From assembly GCA_964596425.1 (NCBI GenBank), contig CAZQTC010000031.1, positions 73,830 through 137,829 of the forward strand: a stretch of 64,000 nucleotides of DNA, given 5' to 3'. Below the pieces are notes generated by a model. It did no database searches and had not been told where the DNA came from. It worked only from the letters and a program-made list of their open reading frames with translations. The first letter of the stretch is position 1. Every line of letters begins with the position of its first letter. Positions 35,024 through 44,553 of the stretch are shown piece after piece. A program made the position numbers and the translations under genes. Source of the DNA: an uncultured Spirochaetales bacterium. GTDB lineage: Bacteria; Spirochaetota; Spirochaetia; SZUA-6.

Positions 35024-35896
35024 ATGCGTTACTACAGTGATTTGGCCTCTATCAAGAGGATAAGGATAATTGCCTCTAAATTGGTAGAATCTTTTTTTTC
35101 CGGTAATTACAGATCTGTTTTTAGGGGACCGGGTATTGAATTTGATGAGTTTCGCTCTTATATGTATGGTGATGATGTTAGGTTGATAGATTGGAATGTT
35201 ACCTCACGAACCGGTTTCCCCTATGTAAAAGTTTTTAGAGAGGAAAGGGAGCTTTCTCTCTTCTTTCTTCTCGATCTCTCTGCTTCTATGATTTATGGGA
35301 GTGGAGAGCGGAGTAAGATAGAAGTTGCAGGTTTAACTTTTGCTATTCTTACCCTATCGGCTGCTATTAATAATGATAAATTTGGCGCTCTGTTCTTTAC
35401 CGATAGAATAGAGAAATGGGTACCTATGTCTAAAGGGAAAAAGCATGCTCTCAGCCTGATAGATGATATATTTTGGGTAGAGCCACAGGGTCGAGGTTCT
35501 GATTTGAAGATGGCGGTAAAATCGGCGAGTCAGCTTTTAAAAAAACGCAGTATCTGTGTGATTATTTCTGATTTTAAAACCGACAACTATTGGCATGAAT
35601 TATCAATCCTTTCAAAGAAACATGATGTTATCGCTGTAAAGGTATGGGATGATAACGACATTAGTTTCCCTACTGTTGGCTTGATTAGATTACAGGATCC
35701 GGAGAGAGGGGAAGAGATGTACGCGTATGGACTCTCCGAAGAGTTCAGGAATAGTTATAGACGTTTCTGGATGGCAAAGCATAGAAAGTGGAAGAGAAAT
35801 TGTTTTGTTAGGGGTGTAAATATACTGGAGATAAATACCTCTATGGATGTGGGGGCTGAGCTTTTTAAGTTTTTTAGACGACGAAAGAGGGCTTAG
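35024..35896 (+). CDS. DUF58 domain protein (vWA-like)
   Basis: GIEFDEFRSY, DDVRLIDWNVT, DLSASM, ISDF. Confidence 0.92.
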   Translation: MRYYSDLASIKRIRIIASKLVESFFSGNYRSVFRGPGIEFDEFRSYMYGDDVRLIDWNVTSRTGFPYVKVFREERELSLFFLLDLSASMIYGSGERSKIEVAGLTFAILTLSAAINNDKFGALFFTDRIEKWVPMSKGKKHALSLIDDIFWVEPQGRGSDLKMAVKSASQLLKKRSICVIISDFKTDNYWHELSILSKKHDVIAVKVWDDNDISFPTVGLIRLQDPERGEEMYAYGLSEEFRNSYRRFWMAKHRKWKRNCFVRGVNILEINTSMDVGAELFKFFRRRKRA

Positions 35897-35897
35897 G

Positions 35898-36803
35898 GTG
35901 AAGAGGAAATTCTTTCTCTCTGTAGTATTTAGTTTGGTTTCCTTTGGAGTGACCCTATGGGCTCAAGAGTCAGATACAGGTATGGGATATACAATAGAGA
36001 AAAAGGTTTTTGTTCCTCCTAGGTTTTATGTGGGCGATCAGGCTGAGCTTAGGCTTGAGATAAATATTAATAAAGATCTAAAGCCAAATGTGCCTACTAG
36101 TTTGCCCTCTACCCGTTGGCTTAGGATTGATAGAATTAAGGTGGAGAGATTGGGGGATGGTCGATATAGGGTTAGGTTATTCTTTACCTCCTTTCAGCCA
36201 GGTACCCAGTTGCTTCCCACTCTTAGTCTTGGAGGAATAAAGCTTAGGAATATTCAAATCTATACGAGCTCCGTGCTAAAGGATACAGGGGACACTCAAT
36301 TGGGATTGTTTAAGGGTGAATTATTGCTTCCCGGTACTATCTATAGCATTTTGCTTCTTGTCTTCATAATCATTGGGATGCCTGTGGTTATGATAGTGGC
36401 TTATATATATCTGAAAAAATTGGTTAAATATGTGGGGTTTCGGATAAAGAGTAGAAGGCCTTTTTTGTACGCAAGAGTAAATCTATTGAAATTGGAAAGA
36501 AACCTTGGAAAGCTTGAGGAAAAGAAATTCTATACAGAGTTAACCCGTGTGTTGAAGCTTTATCTCTCTATGAAGTATAGCAGAAATTTTGACGTGCTTA
36601 CCACGATGGAAATGAGACGGGAGATTGAGTCTTTGATTGGGGATAGGGCCTTGAATGAAAAAATCGGTGAGCTATTGAGTGATTCGGATAGGGTGAAGTT
36701 TCAAGGGCTTACCTCCTCTAGGGCATCGATGATTAAATCTTTAAAGGATACAAGCGACATTATTAAGAGAATAGAGGAGTTTGCACCAATTGTGGAGTTT
36801 TGA
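35898..36803 (+). CDS. Bat-operon exported/membrane protein (DUF4381-like)
   Basis: GTG start gives a signal peptide; central TM; C-terminal helical domain with SDRVKF. Confidence 0.6.
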   Translation: MKRKFFLSVVFSLVSFGVTLWAQESDTGMGYTIEKKVFVPPRFYVGDQAELRLEININKDLKPNVPTSLPSTRWLRIDRIKVERLGDGRYRVRLFFTSFQPGTQLLPTLSLGGIKLRNIQIYTSSVLKDTGDTQLGLFKGELLLPGTIYSILLLVFIIIGMPVVMIVAYIYLKKLVKYVGFRIKSRRPFLYARVNLLKLERNLGKLEEKKFYTELTRVLKLYLSMKYSRNFDVLTTMEMRREIESLIGDRALNEKIGELLSDSDRVKFQGLTSSRASMIKSLKDTSDIIKRIEEFAPIVEF

Positions 36804-37791
36804 GCATCCTGTTTATCTATTAATTTTGCTGTTTGTTCCGTTTTTTTGGTATTTTCTCTATACATGGAAAGGTGGGGGAGGAAGGTTAGCTTTTGGGTTT
36901 ACAGTGTGGGGAGAGCAGAGGAAGGTTGAATGGGATAGAAGGGTAAGAAAATTTGTAGTTCTTAATAGAATTCTTTTCTGGTTGGGATTTTGTTTTCTTG
37001 TTATAGGGGCAGCGGATCCTACCTATATACATAGAAAGAAGGTATATCTTTCACGCGCTGCTGATATCATGATAGTTCTCGATGAATCACCCAGTATGTC
37101 GGCGAAGGATTTTCAACCTGTAAATAGATTCGAGGCTGCGAAGCAAGTAATAAAAAGGTTTATCAGGGGGAGGGGGAATGATAGAATTGGGCTTGTTGCT
37201 TTTAGTAAAAGAGCCGCTCTTGTTCTACCGCCGACCTCCGTATACGGTAGATTTTATAAGGCTCTCGACTCTTTGAGAATTATGGAATTGGGAAATGGAA
37301 CTGCTATCGGAATGGGATTGGCTGTTGCCTTGAATCATCTGAGAACGAGTGTTGCTACCAAGAGGATAATAATTCTTCTAACGGATGGGGACAACAATGC
37401 GGGAGAGATTCTTCCAGAGACAGCTGCTGAGATAGCATATCAGCTTGGGATAAAGATATATACGATTGGGATCGGGAGAAGCGGAGAAACCTTTATAGAG
37501 TTTCGAGATCCCAAAACCGGAAGGCTCTACCAGGGCTTGTACAAGGGGAATTTGAATGTCGGGCTTCTAAAACAAATTGCCACGAAAAGTGGTGGTCGAT
37601 ATCTCTTTGCGGGGGATGAAGAGGGCTTGAGGGAGGTTTTTGAGAAGATTGATTCCGAGGAAAAAATTAAGCGAGTTGTAAAGATAAGAATGGAGAATAA
37701 GTCTATTCAGGGTTCTTTTATTATTATTGCTTTTGTGTTTATCTTTCTCAATCTCTTTATAAGAAAATTGATTTTCAGGGAAGTCATATAA
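36781..37791 (+). CDS. batA: BatA-like vWA domain protein
   Basis: N-terminal FEHP..L TM motif; MIDAS DESPSM; GTAIGMG; LLTDGDNN; IYTIGIG. Confidence 0.88.
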   Translation: MHQLWSFEHPVYLLILLFVPFFWYFLYTWKGGGGRLAFGFTVWGEQRKVEWDRRVRKFVVLNRILFWLGFCFLVIGAADPTYIHRKKVYLSRAADIMIVLDESPSMSAKDFQPVNRFEAAKQVIKRFIRGRGNDRIGLVAFSKRAALVLPPTSVYGRFYKALDSLRIMELGNGTAIGMGLAVALNHLRTSVATKRIIILLTDGDNNAGEILPETAAEIAYQLGIKIYTIGIGRSGETFIEFRDPKTGRLYQGLYKGNLNVGLLKQIATKSGGRYLFAGDEEGLREVFEKIDSEEKIKRVVKIRMENKSIQGSFIIIAFVFIFLNLFIRKLIFREVI

Positions 37792-38783
37792 TGGGATTTG
37801 GGGAACCAATTTATCTTTTGCTGTTAATTTTAGTAATACCTCTTTTATTATTTTTTTATTACAGTTACAAGAGAGGACTTTCTGATCTTAAGAAACTCGC
37901 AGGCACCGATAGATTTGAGACTTTGAAACGTTCTTACTTTGTGAAGAGTTTCTATAGTACCCTTGCCTTTGTGCTATTTTTTATTTTTAGTGTGTTGGCA
38001 TTGGCCGGTTTAAGGTACGGAGAGAAGTTGGTAAAGGAGGATAGGAAAGGATTAAAGGTTGTATTCTTAATTGATGTCTCTAAGAGTATGATGGCAAAAG
38101 ATACTTCTCCATCACGGCTGAAAGAGGCTGCCTATATCGTTAAAAGTGTTGTTGATAACGTAAGTGATGGTCTGTTTGGGATTGTTTTGTTTAGTGGAAC
38201 GGCTTTTACTGCGGTTCCCATTACGGATGACCTTGTTTCTGTTGTGAGCGTGTTGAATCAGCTTGATAAGGGATGGCTTATTGGGGCTGGTAGTAATATA
38301 GCCATTGGTCTTGAAAAGGCATACGAAATGTTTTATACGGATGAGAATAGGAAGGGATTGATAGTTCTTATTTCGGATGGAGAAAATAGGAAGGGAAATC
38401 CTATATCTGTGGCTAAAAAGCTGGGTGAGGCAGGTATTCCTGTGGTTACGCTTTTGGTGGGAACAGAAAAAGGAGCAAATATTCCTCTCTCCAATGGGAA
38501 CTTGTTGCGGGATAGGACGGGGAGAGTTGTTGTAACAAAGGCGGATCCGGAATTGATGGAGAGAATAGCAAAGGTAAGTGGTGGATATTTTATAGAGGCT
38601 TCTAAGTATGAGAATCCAGAGATTGAGTTGTTGCAAATCTTTAAGAGTAAAGAAAAAGGGTTGATTGCGCTCAACTATAGGATCGAGAAAGAGACAAAGG
38701 GCTCTATTTTGGTATTTTTGGGAATAATTTCCCTTTTGGCATCTCTCTTTGTCTGGAAGTTAAGGTGGAAGGGGCCTATATGA
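37791..38783 (+). CDS. batB: BatB-like vWA domain protein
   Basis: DVSKSM, PSRL, VPITDD, LISDGE, VGTEKGANIP. Confidence 0.88.
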   Translation: MGFGEPIYLLLLILVIPLLLFFYYSYKRGLSDLKKLAGTDRFETLKRSYFVKSFYSTLAFVLFFIFSVLALAGLRYGEKLVKEDRKGLKVVFLIDVSKSMMAKDTSPSRLKEAAYIVKSVVDNVSDGLFGIVLFSGTAFTAVPITDDLVSVVSVLNQLDKGWLIGAGSNIAIGLEKAYEMFYTDENRKGLIVLISDGENRKGNPISVAKKLGEAGIPVVTLLVGTEKGANIPLSNGNLLRDRTGRVVVTKADPELMERIAKVSGGYFIEASKYENPEIELLQIFKSKEKGLIALNYRIEKETKGSILVFLGIISLLASLFVWKLRWKGPI

Positions 38784-39403
38784 GAAAATGTGGTTTGTTG
38801 TTGGTAGGTATATTTGCATTTTTCTACCTCTCTTCATGTGGTATAGATTTATCGAGTATTTTGGTGCTTAGGGGTAATTATTTTTATAATAGGGGTAACT
38901 ATAATAGAGCTTTGATTGATTACTATAAGATTTTTGATAGTAGAAAAATTAAACAGGGAAGTGAGTCTTATAAAAATTACGTTTTGTACAACATTGGTAC
39001 GGTCTATTTAGCCAATGGAGAGTTTAAATCTGCCATTTTAAAGCTCGAAGATGCGAGGAAATGTGATAGAAGAAGAAACAGGGAGTTATGCTTCAGAAGT
39101 AATTTTAACCTGGGCTACATATATTATCAACTGGGTGATTACGATCGAGCGGTTACATATTTTATCGATGCCCTCCTAGTTAAACCATCGAGTTTGGATG
39201 CTAAAAAGAATCTCGAACTAGCGTTAAGGAAACTGCATTTAAATAGCGGTATTGGGGAAAAGAGCAGGGAGAAGAAAAAACAGATAACGAGGAATATGAC
39301 AGGTGCGGCATTGCGGTTGTTAGATTATGTGAAAAACAAGGAGGAGAATCTGTGGCGAGAGACCATAGGCGGACAGTCTTATCTCGAAGAACCAAATTGG
39401 TGA
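38780..39403 (+). CDS. batC: BatC-like TPR (lipo)protein
   Basis: Start at MRKCG; lipobox-like LSSC; TPRs YNIGTVY, FNLGYIYY; AKKNLELA. Confidence 0.75.
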   Translation: MRKCGLLLVGIFAFFYLSSCGIDLSSILVLRGNYFYNRGNYNRALIDYYKIFDSRKIKQGSESYKNYVLYNIGTVYLANGEFKSAILKLEDARKCDRRRNRELCFRSNFNLGYIYYQLGDYDRAVTYFIDALLVKPSSLDAKKNLELALRKLHLNSGIGEKSREKKKQITRNMTGAALRLLDYVKNKEENLWRETIGGQSYLEEPNW

Positions 39404-41388
39404 TGATATTTCTCTTTTTTATTGATTTCCCCCTCTGGATGGTATTCGGACAGATTGGTGAGCTTAACGAGGGAATAAGTGTCTCTATTTCACCAAAGAG
39501 GCCCAGCCTTGGAGAAAAATTTAAATACGAGATAATGGTTCGAGGTAATTTTTTTTCTTCTGTCACAGTGATTCCACCTGCTTACCTTGGAGGTTTTAAG
39601 ATATTGGAAGGTCCCTATATTCGACCCAATGTGGAAGAGAATGGCATTATAATTACTTATATCCTGAAGGCACTAAGAAAAGGCGAGCGAATTCTTAGAA
39701 GTTTTACGGTAAAGGTTAATTCGGATGTGTATAAAACCCCTCCCTTAAAAGTTGATATTATAAATATACGTCCCACCGTTTATTGGAGGGTAAAAAAAGG
39801 AAAATATTTTGTTGGAGAGGTATTCCCCATAACTTTAGAGCTGATTTTGTGGGATAAATTAGCAATACCGCTTAGGGTTGATACAAGGGCGCCGAGGGAT
39901 TCCTGGTTTGAGGAGTTTGTTTCCGGTGAGAGCCTTAAGAGGGATAATTTTGAGGGTAAGGAGCGTTTTGTTGTCCCACTTAAGAATTTTCTGGTTACTT
40001 TTGGTCGGGCGGGACGTTTTAGAATTCCACCGGCCCGGGTGATTTTGCCCGGGAGGGTTAAATTATATACCCCTCTTAAAATTATAGAGGTAAAGAAACT
40101 ACCTAAAGGGGTGGAAAGCACCTATGCTGTGGGGAACTTTGATTACAGACATAGGATAGATAGGGAGAGTATAGAGCTGGGTAAAACATTTAGCGTTACT
40201 CTCACGGTGACCGGGGTGGGTAATTTTAATTACTTTAAATTCCCTGTCCCGGTTGTTGAGGGGGTGAAAGGAATTATTGTAGAAGATGTTGAAGAGGTAA
40301 AACCAACAGTCAAAGGTTATGCTGGGTATAAAAGAAGAATTTATCTGTTTAAACCTGAGAACAGGGGAAAAATTTACTGTACGATACCGGATTTTCCATA
40401 TTTTGATAGAAAGGACAAGGTAGTTAGGGTGCTCAAAGGGGATAGATATACTATTTCAGTCACCTTGCCAGCCAAGAGTTCTCCCAAAGTATCTGTTTTT
40501 TCGATAAAAGGGTATGGGGAGTTTGTAAAGAGTAGTGAGAGATCTCTCTATAATAGCTGGTTTTTGTATCTGGTCTTTTTTCCCGGACCTCTGTTATATT
40601 TGATATTTTTACTGGCTAAAAAATATAAAAAGAAAAGGCGGAGCCTTGTGATAATGGGAGTTCTTGCTGTTTCTTTTGTTGTTTTTCAATCCTCGAATGG
40701 AGATACTGTAGGGGTAAATGGCTCTAGGCTCTACCCTGAAAGGGTGAAAAATTTGTTCTTTAAAGCCTCCAGCGCGTATAATAATAAAGATTATTCTCTC
40801 GCCGGTAGGTTATTTGGAGAATTAGGTAAGATTTATCCCCATAATAAGGTACTTTTGTACAATATGGCCGTGTGCTATTACCGGAGTGAAAATCTTTTGG
40901 AGGCAATGCATATACTAAGAACAATTTTAAGACGGTACCCCGAGGAGCGGGAGGTTAGAGATTTCTTAAATCTTCTGGAGACCAAACTCTTGTTGAAGGA
41001 TCAGATACCGCCCTCACTTGATATTAATCCTGAAAGATTGATAAATCTTCTAATAGTACTTTTTAATTTGCTATTTGTTTTTATTATTGTATATGATTCT
41101 AGTAAAAGAATAGGGTTCCTATTTTCTTCCTTTCTTGTCGGAATAGCTTTTCTTGCCGTTTTTGGCTATCTTGTTTATTCTTACTACTATAGTTCGAGGG
41201 AGCGGGGGATAGTAGGCACCAATTGGACATACGTTTTGCGGATTCCGGAGAAAACATCTTCGGTTCGGAGTAAGATAAGTGGAGGAACCTCTTTTGATGT
41301 ACTGGGAAGAGCAAAGGGGTATGTACTTGTAAGGACAGGAAGTGGAAGTGAAGGATGGATTGTAAACGAGGATATTTTACTGGATTGA
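39400..41388 (+). CDS. batD: BatD-like protein with fused TPR and C-terminal SH3b (BatE-like) region
   Basis: AVGNF, GVGNF, IPDFPYFD BatD motifs; TPR YNMAVCYY; terminal GSEGWI; start approximate. Confidence 0.75.
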   Translation: MMIFLFFIDFPLWMVFGQIGELNEGISVSISPKRPSLGEKFKYEIMVRGNFFSSVTVIPPAYLGGFKILEGPYIRPNVEENGIIITYILKALRKGERILRSFTVKVNSDVYKTPPLKVDIINIRPTVYWRVKKGKYFVGEVFPITLELILWDKLAIPLRVDTRAPRDSWFEEFVSGESLKRDNFEGKERFVVPLKNFLVTFGRAGRFRIPPARVILPGRVKLYTPLKIIEVKKLPKGVESTYAVGNFDYRHRIDRESIELGKTFSVTLTVTGVGNFNYFKFPVPVVEGVKGIIVEDVEEVKPTVKGYAGYKRRIYLFKPENRGKIYCTIPDFPYFDRKDKVVRVLKGDRYTISVTLPAKSSPKVSVFSIKGYGEFVKSSERSLYNSWFLYLVFFPGPLLYLIFLLAKKYKKKRRSLVIMGVLAVSFVVFQSSNGDTVGVNGSRLYPERVKNLFFKASSAYNNKDYSLAGRLFGELGKIYPHNKVLLYNMAVCYYRSENLLEAMHILRTILRRYPEEREVRDFLNLLETKLLLKDQIPPSLDINPERLINLLIVLFNLLFVFIIVYDSSKRIGFLFSSFLVGIAFLAVFGYLVYSYYYSSRERGIVGTNWTYVLRIPEKTSSVRSKISGGTSFDVLGRAKGYVLVRTGSGSEGWIVNEDILLD

Positions 41389-41403
41389 ACCGGAGGAAAT
41401 TTA

Positions 41404-41868
41404 ATGGATTTCGGTGAAATATTGGCACAGTGGGAGAATTATAAGAGGAGAGAGAGGGAGAGAGAAAAAAATAGGGCACAGGAAGAATTACAGAGATGGC
41501 TTGAGTTGCATTCGGATGAGTTGGAGAAGTATAAGAGAGAAAAGGAGAGGGAAGGGGTTAATGAGAGGATCATTGCCGCAAAGAGAAGAGAACAACTTAG
41601 GAAGATGCCACCTGAAAGGGTATTGGATCTTCATGGATATAAGGTTAAAGAGGCAGAAGAGGCAGTTCGCACCTTTGTTAGAGACTGTAAGCGAAGTGGT
41701 GTAAAAAAAGTACTGATAATACATGGCAAGGGCAAGCACACAAAGGGTGAACCAGTACTAAAAAATACCGTTATCAAGATCCTTGAAAGTGAGCCTTTTG
41801 CAGGTGAGTTTGGTACTGCAAGCAGGGAGTATGGTGGAAAAGGTGCTCTCTGGTTGATTATCCGTTGA
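41404..41868 (+). CDS. Smr/MutS2 C-terminal domain protein
   Basis: LDLHGY, IIHGKGKH, GGKGAL. Confidence 0.9.
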   Translation: MDFGEILAQWENYKRREREREKNRAQEELQRWLELHSDELEKYKREKEREGVNERIIAAKRREQLRKMPPERVLDLHGYKVKEAEEAVRTFVRDCKRSGVKKVLIIHGKGKHTKGEPVLKNTVIKILESEPFAGEFGTASREYGGKGALWLIIR

Positions 41869-41883
41869 GTTACCCTAACGTTT

Positions 41884-42102
41884 TTAGCGTTCTCTGTAAA
41901 TAATTCTTCCTCTTGTAAGATCGTATGGGGAGAGAGCAACTTTTACACGATCTCCCGGTACTATTCTTATATAGTGTTTTCTCATCTTGCCGGACAGATG
42001 TGCTAAAATCACATGCCCGTTTTGTAGTTCCACCCTGAACATAGTGTTGGGTAAAGATTCTTTAACCGTACCTTCTACTTCTATAGCCTCTTCTTTTGCC
42101 AA
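41884..42102 (-). CDS. infA: Translation initiation factor IF-1
   Basis: TTG start after AGGAGG gives 72 aa [11 protein letters not shown]...LPNTMFRV...[13 protein letters not shown]. Confidence 0.97.
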   Translation of the reverse strand: MAKEEAIEVEGTVKESLPNTMFRVELQNGHVILAHLSGKMRKHYIRIVPGDRVKVALSPYDLTRGRIIYRER

Positions 42103-42121
42103 GAAATCCTCCTTTCCTGTC

Positions 42122-42150
42122 AATTTAAGGAAAAGTGAAATATCTGTCAA
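42122..42150 (-). promoter_or_regulatory. infA promoter
   Basis: TTGACA-17 bp-TAAATT. Confidence 0.6.
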
Positions 42151-42260
42151 TACGGGCGTAAGTATCTTGACATTTTTTTGTTTTTAGTTCAAATTGACTT
42201 GCCTTTTAAAGATTTACATATATAAATTATTTCAATAAAAAAAATCTTCATGGAGAGTAT

Positions 42261-42614
42261 ATGGAAAAAGAATTTGTTTCAAGAATGAAAAAATCTCTAT
42301 TGTCTATGAAAGAGGAAATCTTGAAACATCTTATTGCGGAGAGTGAAGATTTTAAGAACATTGTAGAGGATATTGACCCAAAAGATTTGGCAGATATTGC
42401 TGCCGACGATATAGATAGGAAGACACTCCAGGCTTTGGGTGTTCAGGAGATGAAACGGTTGCAATTGATAGATTCTGCACTTGCGAGAATAGAGAATGGA
42501 AGATATGGAATTTGTATGAAGTGTGGCAAGAAAATCCCTAAAGAGAGATTAGAAGCTATTCCCTACGCCCTGCTCTGTGTGGAGTGTAAGACAAAAGAGG
42601 AAAAGGGAAAATAA
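42261..42614 (+). CDS. dksA: DksA/TraR family C4 zinc-finger protein
   Basis: Coiled coil with DLADIA (DxxDxA); CMKCG..IPKERLEAIPY..LCVEC. Confidence 0.88.
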   Translation: MEKEFVSRMKKSLLSMKEEILKHLIAESEDFKNIVEDIDPKDLADIAADDIDRKTLQALGVQEMKRLQLIDSALARIENGRYGICMKCGKKIPKERLEAIPYALLCVECKTKEEKGK

Positions 42615-42667
42615 AAAGTGTAATAGTTTTCCTTCTCTTCCGATAATTATATCGGAGAAGGAAAACC

Positions 42668-43057
42668 ATGATTTCCCCTATTGCTACAAGTATAAGTATT
42701 ACTTTTCCCTCTATTTTAAGAGTACGCTCAACGGATGGGCGTTTTTATTACCCTGTAAAACCCCTTAATTCGGTTGCAGGTATTTTTAAGCATATTTATA
42801 CGGTACCCTCCGAGAAGGGGGGAGGAAGTCTCTCCCTCTATAAATTGAGGGTGCTGGACAGTGTTATAGACAGACTAATGAAGTATGGTAAGGCATCTGA
42901 GGTTAAACAGATGATGCCAGCCAAGGTCACCGCCGGAAACATAGATAAGCTTATAGAACAATTCTCTAATAAATTGAATAGCGTAAAGGAGAGTTATTCC
43001 CTCTATCATACGGGTTTAGAGCCGGATGTGGGGAAGATAATTAATCTTCTCGCATAG
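42668..43057 (+). CDS. Hypothetical protein
   Basis: 129 aa ORF with SD (GGAGAAGG) co-oriented after dksA. Confidence 0.6.
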   Translation: MISPIATSISITFPSILRVRSTDGRFYYPVKPLNSVAGIFKHIYTVPSEKGGGSLSLYKLRVLDSVIDRLMKYGKASEVKQMMPAKVTAGNIDKLIEQFSNKLNSVKESYSLYHTGLEPDVGKIINLLA

Positions 43058-43126
43058 ATCCGATTTGTTTCCTACTCTTTTGGACAAGGTATTTCATGTT
43101 GAAGGTTACTTCTTAAGATTCACTTC

Positions 43127-43155
43127 TTGACATCTGTAGGGAACATTAACATTAT
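43127..43155 (+). promoter_or_regulatory. Sigma-70-type promoter 6 nt before the ATG at 43162 (leaderless candidate)
   Basis: TTGACA-17 bp-CATTAT-tagtat-ATG; no SD. Confidence 0.55.
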
Positions 43156-43161
43156 TAGTAT

Positions 43162-43797
43162 ATGGAAAGAGATAGAAAAATTATTTATCCTGCCAATAAA
43201 AGGCTAATAGATAAAGAGGTACTCGTTGATGATCTACCCTCTGTGAAACTTTTTGGAAGACGTGTTAGCGATGGTAAGGAGGGATGGTTTTATTTTTCGC
43301 CTATTCTGGGGAGTTATCATAGCATACTTCCTGAGTGGGTAAGGAAGGGAGATGAGGTTGAATTTTTTGAGATTGACGAGGATGGAAAGCTTAGATCTTT
43401 AAAACTTCCAGATGTCGAGGTTGCTTCCGGTTCTGTGTCTAGGTTATTTTTGGAGGATGGAAATATACTCATCTTTTCCAATATTGCAGGTGTGCATGAA
43501 ACTTTTCATCTTATTAAGCCCGAAGATCTAGATAATATTAAGGAAATTGAGGTCGATCTTGTGTATATAGAGGAGCCCTGTCCCCAATGTGGCTCTGTAA
43601 ATGTATTTCACTACAGTGCAAAGGAGAGATCCTTTTCTAAGTGTCTAAATTGTGGTTATAACTGGAGGGGAAATCTTAAGAGTAACTTGATACTGATTAG
43701 GGATAGGGGAGAAGAAGAGGTTAAACTTGAGATTGATAACCACCCGTATCTAAAAGAACTATTGTTAAAGGTTAAAAGAGAAGAAAACTCGCTTTAG
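43162..43797 (+). CDS. Hypothetical protein with C-terminal Zn ribbon
   Basis: 211 aa; CPQC-x17-CLNC. Confidence 0.65.
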   Translation: MERDRKIIYPANKRLIDKEVLVDDLPSVKLFGRRVSDGKEGWFYFSPILGSYHSILPEWVRKGDEVEFFEIDEDGKLRSLKLPDVEVASGSVSRLFLEDGNILIFSNIAGVHETFHLIKPEDLDNIKEIEVDLVYIEEPCPQCGSVNVFHYSAKERSFSKCLNCGYNWRGNLKSNLILIRDRGEEEVKLEIDNHPYLKELLLKVKREENSL

Positions 43798-43811
43798 ACT
43801 ATATTATTAGG

Positions 43812-44489
43812 CTATAGCGGTTGATGTATGAATGGATTACCCTGTATCTCTCTCTCTATAGTTGTGTAGGGGCCATGCCCGGGAAATACCCTTGTTTCCA
43901 TAGGGAGATTTAAAAGTTTTTCCTGAATGCTTTTTATAAGGAGAGTTTCATCTCCACCAGGGAGGTCTGCCCTTCCTATACCCTCAAAAAAGAGAGTGTC
44001 ACCCGTAAATAGTAGTTTTTTTGATTCAGAGTAGAGACATATGCTGCCCTCGGTGTGTCCGGGGGTTTCTATAACCCTGAGATCGGAGTCAAATGGGTGG
44101 TCACCCTCGTGGAGTATAATGTCCGGCTCTGGTAATGAATTGAATATTTGAAAACTAAAATCGGCCATGTCGAACCCCATTGCCCTAAAATCACGTTTGT
44201 TTGCCTCCTTTGCGCTCGCTCCCAGATATTTTTTGTCTTTTTCATGGATAGCAAGTTTTACTTCAATTCCCCGTTTATCGTAAAATTCCTTTAATTTTCC
44301 TGCCGCAGCGGTGTGATCAAAATGGCCGTGTGTAAAAACCATACCCACCGGTATCATGTTGAGCATTTCGATTTTTCCGATTATTTCTGTTTCGTTTCCA
44401 CCGGGATCAATTATTATGCATTTATTCTTACCGATGGAGTAGAGATAGCAGTTGGTTTTTAGTGGGTCTATTATTATTCTCTCTACCAT
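43812..44489 (-). CDS. MBL-fold metallo-hydrolase (glyoxalase II-like)
   Basis: IIDPG, THGHFDH, TPGHT, FTGDTLF, PGHG. Confidence 0.92.
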   Translation of the reverse strand: MVERIIIDPLKTNCYLYSIGKNKCIIIDPGGNETEIIGKIEMLNMIPVGMVFTHGHFDHTAAAGKLKEFYDKRGIEVKLAIHEKDKKYLGASAKEANKRDFRAMGFDMADFSFQIFNSLPEPDIILHEGDHPFDSDLRVIETPGHTEGSICLYSESKKLLFTGDTLFFEGIGRADLPGGDETLLIKSIQEKLLNLPMETRVFPGHGPYTTIEREIQGNPFIHQPL

Positions 44490-44553
44490 GCTATACTAAA
44501 CTAAAATATTTAGAGATATTTTTCAATATTTATTTTTTGTTTATTCGGATGGT

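Noticed and set aside
34019-41388. MoxR-vWA-TPR cluster as a novel system
   Set aside because: It matches the known Bat (aerotolerance) operon organisation described in Bacteroides and spirochaetes.
44503-44522. AAAATAT-N6-ATATTTT palindrome
   Set aside because: Purely A/T in an AT-rich spacer; expected by chance.
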